This document shows positions 48,171 to 56,208 of a DNA stretch of 64,000 nt, one piece after another; within the stretch, counting starts at the first letter, position 1; each line of letters begins with the position of its first letter. This DNA is from Chthonomonadales bacterium (lineage in GTDB: Bacteria; Armatimonadota; Chthonomonadetes; Chthonomonadales; Chthonomonadaceae), in the NCBI GenBank assembly GCA_038211235.1, contig JBBQVV010000001.1:12893-76892 (forward strand). The letters run 5' to 3'. Under the pieces are notes generated by a model. It did not search any database. It was not told the origin of the DNA and worked only from the letters and a program-made list of their open reading frames with translations. A program made the position numbers and the translations under genes.

Positions 48171-49238
48171 ATGATGTGGCGACAACGGACCTGGCGCATC
48201 TTGATGCTGGCATTCTTTGTGATCGCGCCGACCGTTGGCCTGCTTGCGCTCTGCATTGTCGCTCCCGCCGCGCCGCCAAAGCCAGCGAAGTCTCAAGCCT
48301 TTCCACTCAGCCTGTTTGTCCATACGGAAGAGGGCGACTTCTCCAACGAAAAGAACTGTAACGGGTGTCACCGCGCGTCGGTCGAGACGTTCGCGCGGTC
48401 CCCGCACGCGGCGTTCATGTACGACCCGCACAGCCCGGTGGATAAACAGGGCTGCCAGGCATGCCATGGCCCCAGCAAGCGTCACATGGATCATCGGAAA
48501 GAGGATGAGGACCGCTACGCAAACGTCATCAGTTACAGCCACGCGACGCCGGAACAGATCGCTACAGCCTGCCTCCGCTGTCACGCCGACACGATGACGA
48601 CCTCGCATTGGAAGCGGACTTCCCACGCGCATGCCGGCGTCAGCTGTACTGCCTGCCACCAGATCCACTGGTCGGACCGTCTCGGCAAGGACCGGACGGG
48701 CACCCCGGCGCCGCCTGGCGACCAGATTGAAGTCCATAAGGATGTGCGCGAGTTGCCGAAGTCGGCTGTGTTTTCAAATGCGCCGGAGCCGAAAGCCCTG
48801 CTGAAGACCGATGAAAGCACGCTTTGCGGGCAGTGTCACCGAAGAGAGTTGGCGGAGTTCCGGCACAATTTCCACCATCCGGTGCCGGAAGGCCGCCAGG
48901 TATGCAGCGACTGTCACTCCGTGCATCCGAATAAAGATGGGCGAAAGCAGGTGCGCACGACGAAACAGAGCTGCATTACCTGCCATGCGCAGGTCGCTGG
49001 GCCGTTCGTCTTCGAGCACGATCCCACCTCCGACCTGACCGGGGAGGGCTGCCTGGAGTGCCATCGGCCGCACGGCTCGCCGAATCCGGCAATTCTCAAC
49101 TCGTTCTCGCGAGGTCTCTGTGTGAGGTGCCATACGGACAAGTCGGTAAACCATAACCCGGGCCGGGGATGCTGGGACTCCGGCTGTCATTCCGCGGTAC
49201 ACGGCTCCAATCACAGCCAACTGCTGTTTGGACGCTGA
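48171..49238 (+). CDS. MtrA/DmsE/PioA-like multihaem (deca-haem type) cytochrome c
   Basis: The ATG follows GGGAGA and the protein has an N-terminal anchor. Nine CxxCH motifs are followed by CWDSGCHSAVHGSNHS at the C-terminus. Confidence 0.85.
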   Translation: MMWRQRTWRILMLAFFVIAPTVGLLALCIVAPAAPPKPAKSQAFPLSLFVHTEEGDFSNEKNCNGCHRASVETFARSPHAAFMYDPHSPVDKQGCQACHGPSKRHMDHRKEDEDRYANVISYSHATPEQIATACLRCHADTMTTSHWKRTSHAHAGVSCTACHQIHWSDRLGKDRTGTPAPPGDQIEVHKDVRELPKSAVFSNAPEPKALLKTDESTLCGQCHRRELAEFRHNFHHPVPEGRQVCSDCHSVHPNKDGRKQVRTTKQSCITCHAQVAGPFVFEHDPTSDLTGEGCLECHRPHGSPNPAILNSFSRGLCVRCHTDKSVNHNPGRGCWDSGCHSAVHGSNHSQLLFGR

Positions 49239-49253
49239 AACGAGGACGGCGCA

Positions 49254-51074
49254 GTGCGAATCGGTATCACAACCATTTTCCTCGTAACCATTTCTTCGGT
49301 CGTGGGACCGAGCCGCGCGTTGCAGGCGCCTGCCGGCTCTCCGCGCCAGCCCGATCCGGCCGGGACGCAGGCGGCCGCGCCGACAAAAGTTCAGGCGAAT
49401 CCCGCGCCCGCACCGAAGCCGCCCACGCCGAAGCTGCCGGCGCCCGCGATAGGTCAGACGAAGCCGCCCGTGACACCGGAAAAGCCGGCGGTCGACCCGG
49501 CAGCAGCGGACCAGGGATCCCAGCCGCTGCCGAAGTCCAGGCTCGCGCCACCGTCGACCGTCCTTGCGGAGATCGGCTATGGCGATTGGGGCCTGAGCGG
49601 CTCCGAAAGCAAGTTTCGCCAGCATGCTATGGTTCCTCACGGGCTCCTGCTTCGCGATCTTCGATACGCTCCCATGCTCCGATCGCGATCCGAAAGCGCG
49701 TTTTTCGATGTTAAGGGCCTCGGAGGGGACGACTATCGCGCGGAGTCCCGGCTTGTGTGGGGGTACGGTGCTACGCAGCTGTCAGGCTCTGTTTCCCGAT
49801 TCCGTTTCGCCGACCCACTGCCTGTTCCGGTCGACGGGAGCTCCCGGCATGTGGAAGAGTTCAGCGCCAGGCAGTCTCTCTCTCGCGATTTCGCCTTATC
49901 GTTGCAGTTCCGAAACGATTCTCAGCGCAACCGATACGAAGTGCCCTATGCAAACCTGGACCAGAATACGCAGTATTGGGACGCCTTCGCTACCGGCAAG
50001 CTAGGCTCCGGATTCGCCGCGTTCAACTATTCGAACCTGCACTACTCCGACCGGACGGGCACGCTGCTGAATACCACCGTGCAGACGTCCGGGCTGAGCT
50101 ATCTGTGGAACCCGTCAGACGCCATCGGTATCGAAGCAGCCTACTCCCATGTCGCGATCTCGGAGGCGGCGCAGCCGGAAAGCCATCTGGACATCATGTC
50201 CCTGCAGGGCGACTTCGCATTGGGCTCGGCGACCGACCTTAACCTCCGGCTGCAGCAGCGCAACGTGGGGACGGCGACGATACAGAGCGCATACGCGCGC
50301 GACCAGGGCGTGGGAACCGCCAGTCTGTTCCACCGCTGGAAATCCTGGCGCGCGCAAGTAGGCATCCGCCTGCAGAACGATGAGCGGGTAAACGGCACTC
50401 AGTCGTTTGTCGACGTGCCGAAATGGAGCACGGTGGAGGGCAGGTTATCGGGCACGGTGATCGCGGGCTGGAGGCTGACAGTCCGCAGCTACACGCAGAC
50501 TCTGAGCGATCCTCCATCCGCGATCACAATGGATAACGCCTCGCTCTATTGGAATGGTCGCAACTACCTGCAGGTCAAGCTTGAGGGCGGACCTCCGGCG
50601 GTTAACTACTATCTCACGTACACATACCAGGCCAATCGAAACAGCGCGCGTGCAACGGATGTCCAGACAACCCAGTACACCGTCGGGAGCATCTGGCAGA
50701 TATCACCGACTGTCAGCCTGTTTGGCGAATACCATCATGAGAGCTGGTCGGGCCACACGGATCTCAATGACTTTCCGGCATTGAGCAACTTCCTTCCCAA
50801 CAGTACGACCGGAATCGTGGAGATGACCTGGAATCAGCGACGGCTGTTTCTCTCGGCCAGCTACACGGGCTTCAGCGTAAGCAACGATAATCCGCTGTTG
50901 CTTCAAGACGGCAACACCCGCGGAACCTTTATCACGCTCAATGGTCGGTACCGATTTCCTCGCGGCTACGAGCTGGGCCTGACCGTAGCTCCCTGGACAT
51001 ACCGTGATAAGGTCGTCGGCGCGCTGAACTACGACGCGGCGATCGTAATGGTGAACGGCAGCGCCCGGTTCTAG
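49254..51074 (+). CDS. Outer-membrane beta-barrel protein, candidate porin of a porin-cytochrome complex
   Basis: The GTG start follows GAGGA. A signal peptide and a Pro/Ala/Lys-rich linker precede about 480 aa of alternating strands. The protein ends NGSARF. Confidence 0.65.
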   Translation: MRIGITTIFLVTISSVVGPSRALQAPAGSPRQPDPAGTQAAAPTKVQANPAPAPKPPTPKLPAPAIGQTKPPVTPEKPAVDPAAADQGSQPLPKSRLAPPSTVLAEIGYGDWGLSGSESKFRQHAMVPHGLLLRDLRYAPMLRSRSESAFFDVKGLGGDDYRAESRLVWGYGATQLSGSVSRFRFADPLPVPVDGSSRHVEEFSARQSLSRDFALSLQFRNDSQRNRYEVPYANLDQNTQYWDAFATGKLGSGFAAFNYSNLHYSDRTGTLLNTTVQTSGLSYLWNPSDAIGIEAAYSHVAISEAAQPESHLDIMSLQGDFALGSATDLNLRLQQRNVGTATIQSAYARDQGVGTASLFHRWKSWRAQVGIRLQNDERVNGTQSFVDVPKWSTVEGRLSGTVIAGWRLTVRSYTQTLSDPPSAITMDNASLYWNGRNYLQVKLEGGPPAVNYYLTYTYQANRNSARATDVQTTQYTVGSIWQISPTVSLFGEYHHESWSGHTDLNDFPALSNFLPNSTTGIVEMTWNQRRLFLSASYTGFSVSNDNPLLLQDGNTRGTFITLNGRYRFPRGYELGLTVAPWTYRDKVVGALNYDAAIVMVNGSARF

Positions 51075-51220
51075 TCCCGCTGCTTAACGAGAACGCAAAT
51101 GGCGTGGTGGACCGGTTCAGCAGTCGTGACACCGGCCCTAAGATCGTCTATGATTGGTTCGCTCTCGCCAAGGATCGCGTTCGGGACGCATCCGGTGGGT
51201 GTCTAGAAAGGCGAAATGGA

Positions 51221-52660
51221 ATGGGAAACAGCAAACGATTGACAGGAGTTCTCCTCGTCGCCGCGGGCGGGCTGACATTCGTGGCTCTGCTTGCGGCCGC
51301 GGGGTGCGGGGGCGGTGGGCCTCTTGCGGCCGGCGCCGTGCTCTCTCCAGTTTCGCAGTTCATGCAGCTCTTACCGGTGGTGCAGCGCGCGGCGGTACTC
51401 GTCGGTGCGGCAAAATGCGCCACATGTCATAAGTCCGATTACACCTCCTGGACACAGACTAAACATTCGCAGGCACAGGTGGACTGCGAGTCCTGCCACG
51501 GCCCTGGCAGCGTTCACGTCGCCTCTCCTGACGCGACCAACATCCTGCGGGGCCTCACTGCCGTGAACTCGGTCGTGTGTGCCCAGTGCCACGCGGACCA
51601 GGCCGCCGACTGGAACAGCTCCAAGCACGCCGAGATCGTACCGGATCCCGTGAATACCGGCAGCAACAACTGCCTTCGTTGCCACAGTTCGGAGTTCCGC
51701 GCCGTGAATGTCGACAAGCCGATCTCCCATGGACAGACACCGGCCCAGACGGACGCCGCGATTCTAGCGCTAACCACCCCGCAACTGCAGGCATACATTC
51801 CCGCTACGCATGCGAGCGCAACCTGCGCAACCTGCCACGATCCGCACAGCAACACAGCGAACTTGACATCCGCGAGCGAACAGTTCTACCTGCGGCGCGC
51901 CACTTCGAGTACAGACCTGTCCGCCGACCCGCCCGGCGCAACGGTTGCCACATACACTACGCTTAACCACATCTGCGGCTCCTGTCACAACAACCGCGGT
52001 GGCAATCCCTCCGACGCGGGCCTGACCAAAAACACGACGAGGCCGGCAACGCATGAAGGACCCGAATATAACATGCTGCTGGGGCATGGAGGCGCGGAGG
52101 ATGCCGCCGGCCCACCCAGGCGCACCAGTTCCCACTCCGAGGCGCCTGACCAATGCGTGCAGTGCCACATGCCGAATTCCAGGCATACGTTCACTGTCAG
52201 CCTCGACTCAAGTTGCGCCCCGTGCCACACGCCGGCGGATGCGGCAGCCCGTGAGACCAGCGTGCAATCGGCAACGCAGAACTCGCTCGTCGCGCTCAGA
52301 ACGCGCCTATCGAACTGGGCGATGGCAACGTTCGGCGACCCCGCGGCATGGGACTATACGTCCAACATACCCTCAACTTCGAAGACTCCGAATCAGGCCC
52401 AAATTCCGATCCAGGTGAAGCGTGCGCGGCATAACTACTACTTTATCCTGCTGGATCGCAGCCTCGGCGTACACAATGCGTTCTATACCGACTACCTGCT
52501 GAACTATGCGAATACCGGCCTGGACGCGCTTGGCATCTCACGCTCGTCGCCGGTTACGGGCCTCAGCCGGAGGCAGGCGATCTCGATGCTGAATGCTGAC
52601 ATAATCAATGTTCGGTTGGCGAACTCGCGCGGAACCGCATTCGGTCGCGGTGATGAGTAA
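51221..52660 (+). CDS. Octahaem c-type cytochrome lipoprotein
   Basis: Internal start MGNSKRLTGVLLVAAGGLTFVALLAAAGC (lipobox-like). Eight CxxCH motifs: CATCH, CESCH, CAQCH, CLRCH, CATCH, CGSCH, CVQCH, CAPCH. Confidence 0.8.
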   Translation: MGNSKRLTGVLLVAAGGLTFVALLAAAGCGGGGPLAAGAVLSPVSQFMQLLPVVQRAAVLVGAAKCATCHKSDYTSWTQTKHSQAQVDCESCHGPGSVHVASPDATNILRGLTAVNSVVCAQCHADQAADWNSSKHAEIVPDPVNTGSNNCLRCHSSEFRAVNVDKPISHGQTPAQTDAAILALTTPQLQAYIPATHASATCATCHDPHSNTANLTSASEQFYLRRATSSTDLSADPPGATVATYTTLNHICGSCHNNRGGNPSDAGLTKNTTRPATHEGPEYNMLLGHGGAEDAAGPPRRTSSHSEAPDQCVQCHMPNSRHTFTVSLDSSCAPCHTPADAAARETSVQSATQNSLVALRTRLSNWAMATFGDPAAWDYTSNIPSTSKTPNQAQIPIQVKRARHNYYFILLDRSLGVHNAFYTDYLLNYANTGLDALGISRSSPVTGLSRRQAISMLNADIINVRLANSRGTAFGRGDE

Positions 52661-52701
52661 CGTGAATTAACATCGATAAGGCAGGTTAAAGGTGTCCACG
52701 C

Positions 52702-52748
52702 TCACGCCCCTCATCGGTTTCACGAAGAGGGGCGTGAATCCGTTTTCT
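52702..52748 (+). terminator. Rho-independent terminator after the cytochrome operon
   Basis: TCACGCCCCTC (52702-52712) pairs with GAGGGGCGTGA (52727-52737). ATCCGTTTTCT follows. Confidence 0.7.
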
Positions 52749-52829
52749 CACAATCCGCCATTGTGCGGATGACCTCTTTGTACCTCCCACAGTACAATGG
52801 GTCCAGTGCAATTTAACAGGGAGATGTAG

Positions 52830-53507
52830 ATGATGACCACGAAGTTGATGGGAAGTGCGGCGTTACTGCTTGCCGCTGTGACAGTGGGAATGACCAGCCC
52901 TGCATTCGCCAGGGACGGGGACGCCTCCAAGTCGGCAGGCGCCCTAGGGACCTTTTGGACGGCGCCCAAGGACGGCGGAAAGCTGACGCTGGTGCTTGCC
53001 GGCCAGGCCGAACCCGTGACGGTGGACGTGAGCGACAAGACGATATTCTCGGGTATATGCCTGGACTGCAACCTGCCGCTGGAATTCAAGCCGGACCAGG
53101 CTGCGAAGAGGTGCATGGTATGCGGCTGTGCAGTAAGCAATGCAGCGTGTATCGTCGGTAAGCCCGTCAAAGACGGCACGTGGCAGGCGATGCTCAAAGG
53201 GCTTCCGCGTGGAACGACTCTTCGACCGACGTTCAACACTTCCGGCAAGTCGGACTCGGGCGTCAGCCGGCTTGCGGTGGATCTCCGCTCGGTCCTGCTT
53301 CCCGTTGTCGGACTCGACAGCGCAACCCCGGTCCAGCTCCTCGGCCTCGTGAAACCATTTGGCGGCAGCCAGGCGGAGCTTATCGACGGTGGCAAACGGC
53401 TATCGGTTCATCTCAAGTCGGACTGGACCGTGGATCGGGAAGCAAAGCTGGAGAAGGCGATGGCCAATCTCAACGCAAAGGTCGTCGTGGCCGAAGAGCC
53501 AAAGTAG
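52830..53507 (+). CDS. Secreted Cys-cluster hypothetical protein
   Basis: Signal peptide MMTTKLMGSAALLLAAVTVGMTSPAFA. Cysteine cluster CLDC-x14-CMVCGC-x6-C. It is preferred over antisense ORF 52748-53395. Confidence 0.55.
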   Translation: MMTTKLMGSAALLLAAVTVGMTSPAFARDGDASKSAGALGTFWTAPKDGGKLTLVLAGQAEPVTVDVSDKTIFSGICLDCNLPLEFKPDQAAKRCMVCGCAVSNAACIVGKPVKDGTWQAMLKGLPRGTTLRPTFNTSGKSDSGVSRLAVDLRSVLLPVVGLDSATPVQLLGLVKPFGGSQAELIDGGKRLSVHLKSDWTVDREAKLEKAMANLNAKVVVAEEPK

Positions 53508-53525
53508 GAAACGCTGGGGCGGGAG

Positions 53526-55013
53526 ATGCAGCAGAGCGTGATCGTTCTGCTCGGTTCCGCTGGACGGAGTGGCAGGAGCATGGCCGTGACACGACAGAAC
53601 CAGACTGTTCTCCTTCCGCCGGCAATCGCTCAAATGAACTCGAAACTGACAATAGTGTCGGCGTCGGGTTCATTTGCACGCGCGATCCTGCGATCCAGAT
53701 TTGCAATCGGCTCCTTCTTGCTCCTCATCCCCATGGCGAGTATGGCCTGGTTAGGGCGATTTCGGCATGAGGAGGACCCTCTAACCGCCTATAGAGCGGC
53801 CCTACCTAGAGACGCGATATCACGGCTGCAGAACAGAATAGACAGCGGCAAGATCACTCTCGCATATGACAGTAAGCTGGGATACCTTCCGGCGGTGCTC
53901 AGAGCGCTGCAAATGCCTGCGTCGTCACAGGTGCTCGTGTTCTCCAGGACGAGCATACAGAAGGATGAGATCTCGCCCCAGACACCACGCGCGCTCTACT
54001 TCAACGATGAGACGTACGTCGGATACCTTCCCGGAGCGAAGGCGCTGGAAGTCGCAACCACCGATCCCCAGCTAGGGCCTGTCTACTATACGCTGCTTCA
54101 AAAGCCGAGGGAGATGCCGGCATTCTTCCGGACGCTAGATACCTGCCTCAAGTGCCACGCAACCAGGGCGTCGCACTATGTTCCGGAGCACCTTCTCCGT
54201 TCAGTCTACGCGGATAAGGATGGTGTGCCCGACCCGGATGCGAAGAGCTACGTGACGACGGACGAAAGTCCGCTGTCCGAGCGGTGGGGCGGATGGTACG
54301 TAACGGGCAATCACGGGAGTCAGCGCCATATGGGGAATACGTTCGCGACGAGGAGCGGCGGCCGCATTGCCCTGGACGTTGAGAGCGGCGCGAACCTCTT
54401 GGACCTCCGCCGATTGGTAGATACTTCTCCGTACCTCACAGGCCACAGCGATATCGTCGCCCTGATGGTGATGGCGCACCAGACGCATCTGGACAACCTG
54501 ATCGTACATGCGAACTACCAGACGAGAGCAGCGATTAACGCCGAAACGGCTTCAAGCAGCGTGCCCTCGCATGGGCCGGGCGGGAGCCTGGCGGCACGGA
54601 TAGAGATTGCGTGCGAGCCGCTGGTGGACGCGCTTCTGTTCGCGGGAGAGGCGCCCATCACCGCGCCTGTCTCCGGCACTTCGGGCTTCGCGATACAGTT
54701 CGGGACACGTGGTCCTTTCGACCGAAAGCACCGCTCGTTGCGAGAGTTTGATCTGAAGCGCAGGCTATTCCACTATCCGTGCAGCTACATGATCTACTCG
54801 GAAGCCTTCGATGGTCTGCCGTCTCAGGCGAAAAACTATGTGTTCCGTCGATTGTGGGCAGTGCTCAGCAGTCGGGATCAGAACAAAGCGTTCGGCCGTC
54901 TGTCCCCGGCCGACCGCAAGGCCGTGCGCGAAATTCTGCTGGATACCAAGCCAGCATTTGCCACGTTTGCCGCCAGACAGTTGCGCGCGGCGGCGATTCG
55001 ATCCGATCGGTGA
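53526..55013 (+). CDS. Membrane-anchored hypothetical protein with one CxxCH motif
   Basis: 495 aa with a TM segment (FAIGSFLLLIPMASMAWL). Motifs SQVLVFSRTSIQKDEISPQTPRALYFND, TCLKCHA and RWGGWYVTGNHG are present. The start is uncertain. Confidence 0.6.
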   Translation: MQQSVIVLLGSAGRSGRSMAVTRQNQTVLLPPAIAQMNSKLTIVSASGSFARAILRSRFAIGSFLLLIPMASMAWLGRFRHEEDPLTAYRAALPRDAISRLQNRIDSGKITLAYDSKLGYLPAVLRALQMPASSQVLVFSRTSIQKDEISPQTPRALYFNDETYVGYLPGAKALEVATTDPQLGPVYYTLLQKPREMPAFFRTLDTCLKCHATRASHYVPEHLLRSVYADKDGVPDPDAKSYVTTDESPLSERWGGWYVTGNHGSQRHMGNTFATRSGGRIALDVESGANLLDLRRLVDTSPYLTGHSDIVALMVMAHQTHLDNLIVHANYQTRAAINAETASSSVPSHGPGGSLAARIEIACEPLVDALLFAGEAPITAPVSGTSGFAIQFGTRGPFDRKHRSLREFDLKRRLFHYPCSYMIYSEAFDGLPSQAKNYVFRRLWAVLSSRDQNKAFGRLSPADRKAVREILLDTKPAFATFAARQLRAAAIRSDR

Positions 55014-55063
55014 GTGACGATTGCTTAACGCGCCGTGCCGCAGGAATCATGGAGGACTGTGCG

Positions 55064-55638
55064 ATGAAACTGTTCGATACGATCGTCATGACGGTAGTCT
55101 GTATAGCGGTCGCGCCGGCGGCACTGGCCAAACCGGAGTACCTCGATGTGCTGACCACGACGTTCAAATCCGACTCTGCAAGACGGACACAGCCTCCGTT
55201 GCGCCCCCGGCCCCGAAGAAGCCGAAGTCGCCCGTGCCGAAGAACGCCTTCCATCCTGCCATCGTTCACTTTCCCATCGCTCTCTTCGTTACCGGTCTGT
55301 TCCTCGATGCGCTAGGGATGTGGAAGAGGCACCGGTCCCTCCTGTTGGCTGGCTGGTACAATCTGCTCCTTGGCGCCATCAGCACGCTCGCCAGCATCGC
55401 GAGCGGACTGGCGGCCATGTCCATCATGCATCTCCCCTTTAAGGGCGTCATCTTAAACCATCTCGTTCTGGCGTGCATCGGCACCGTCATCATGTGGGCG
55501 ATGGTGGCGCTGCGCTACAACCGCCACGAGAAGATGACGACGCCTTTTCGTCTCGCCTACTATCTGCTTGCCGTGACCGGAGTGGGCCTCATCGCGTTCT
55601 CCGCGCACCTTGGGGGAATGTTCGTATATGGCGAGTGA
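55064..55638 (+). pseudogene. DUF2231-family membrane protein, frameshifted (or consensus error)
   Basis: The ATG at 55064 follows GGAGGA and gives a classic signal peptide MKLFDTIVMTVVCIAVAPAALA...TTTFKSDSA. The DUF2231 body (NAFHPAIVHFPIALF...) is in another frame. Adding one A at about 55180 (GCAAG to GCAAAG) joins them. Confidence 0.55.
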
Positions 55639-55796
55639 CCTGCTGAACGGAACGATCCCACGCACTTCTTGCCTGGCAGTCCGTTCTGCCGGGACAACGG
55701 TGCCGTAGACCGTCCCGGTTCCTACAGACGCGGTGCCCATTCGGCAGCCACCGCCTCGTGACACTGGGCACGGAAGCCTCCTGAGGAGTACCGCGC

Positions 55797-56078
55797 ATGG
55801 ATTCTGTGGCCTGTAACCGGTTTCTATTCGGCTTCACGATAACCTACCACTATCTGTTTCCACAATTAACGATGGGCCTGGCTCTCATCATTGTGGTGTT
55901 CAAGGCGGTTGCTGTCATCCGGAAAAATCCTGCTTACGACGCGGCGACACGCTTCTGAGCGCGCATATTCGGCCTCGTCTGGTGGAGTATCGCGATCGTC
56001 CTGGCGATTGGATACTTCGCGTACCTGTTCTACTCGTTCGGCGGCAAGGTCACGTTGGACGCGGACGCGCACTATTGA
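55797..56078 (+). pseudogene. cydA: cydA'-'cydB in-frame deletion remnant with a TGG-to-TGA nonsense codon
   Basis: The ATG follows GAGGAG. MDSVACNRFLFGFTITYHYLFPQLTMGLALII...YDAATRF-TGA-ARIFGL aligns with the E. coli CydA N-terminus (...YHFLFVPLTLGMAF...YKDMTKFWGKLFGI). The rest, VWWSIAIVLAIGYFAYLFYSFGGKVTLDADAHY-stop, looks like a CydB C-terminus. Confidence 0.75.
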
Positions 56079-56208
56079 GATGGTGATGATTCCGTACCAG
56101 AGGATTTCTGCCGCCCTCCGCCGAAGTGGTGCGCATCGGCCGGTCGCCTCGTACACTCGGCACGAGGTCGGCTCCAGGATTGCGGCGGCGGTGCAATAAG
56201 GCGGGAGG

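Noticed and set aside
47814-49640. Two long minus-strand ORFs (47814-48737 and 48774-49640) opposite the cytochrome genes
   Set aside because: The plus strand carries regularly spaced CxxCH motifs, signal peptides and SD sequences. The minus-strand products are Arg-rich and featureless.
55956-55958. TGA in the cydA remnant as selenocysteine or programmed read-through
   Set aside because: It replaces a Trp codon that I recall being Trp in E. coli CydA (TGG to TGA). The downstream sequence is a deletion fusion that lacks almost all of CydA and CydB. I saw no SECIS-like context.
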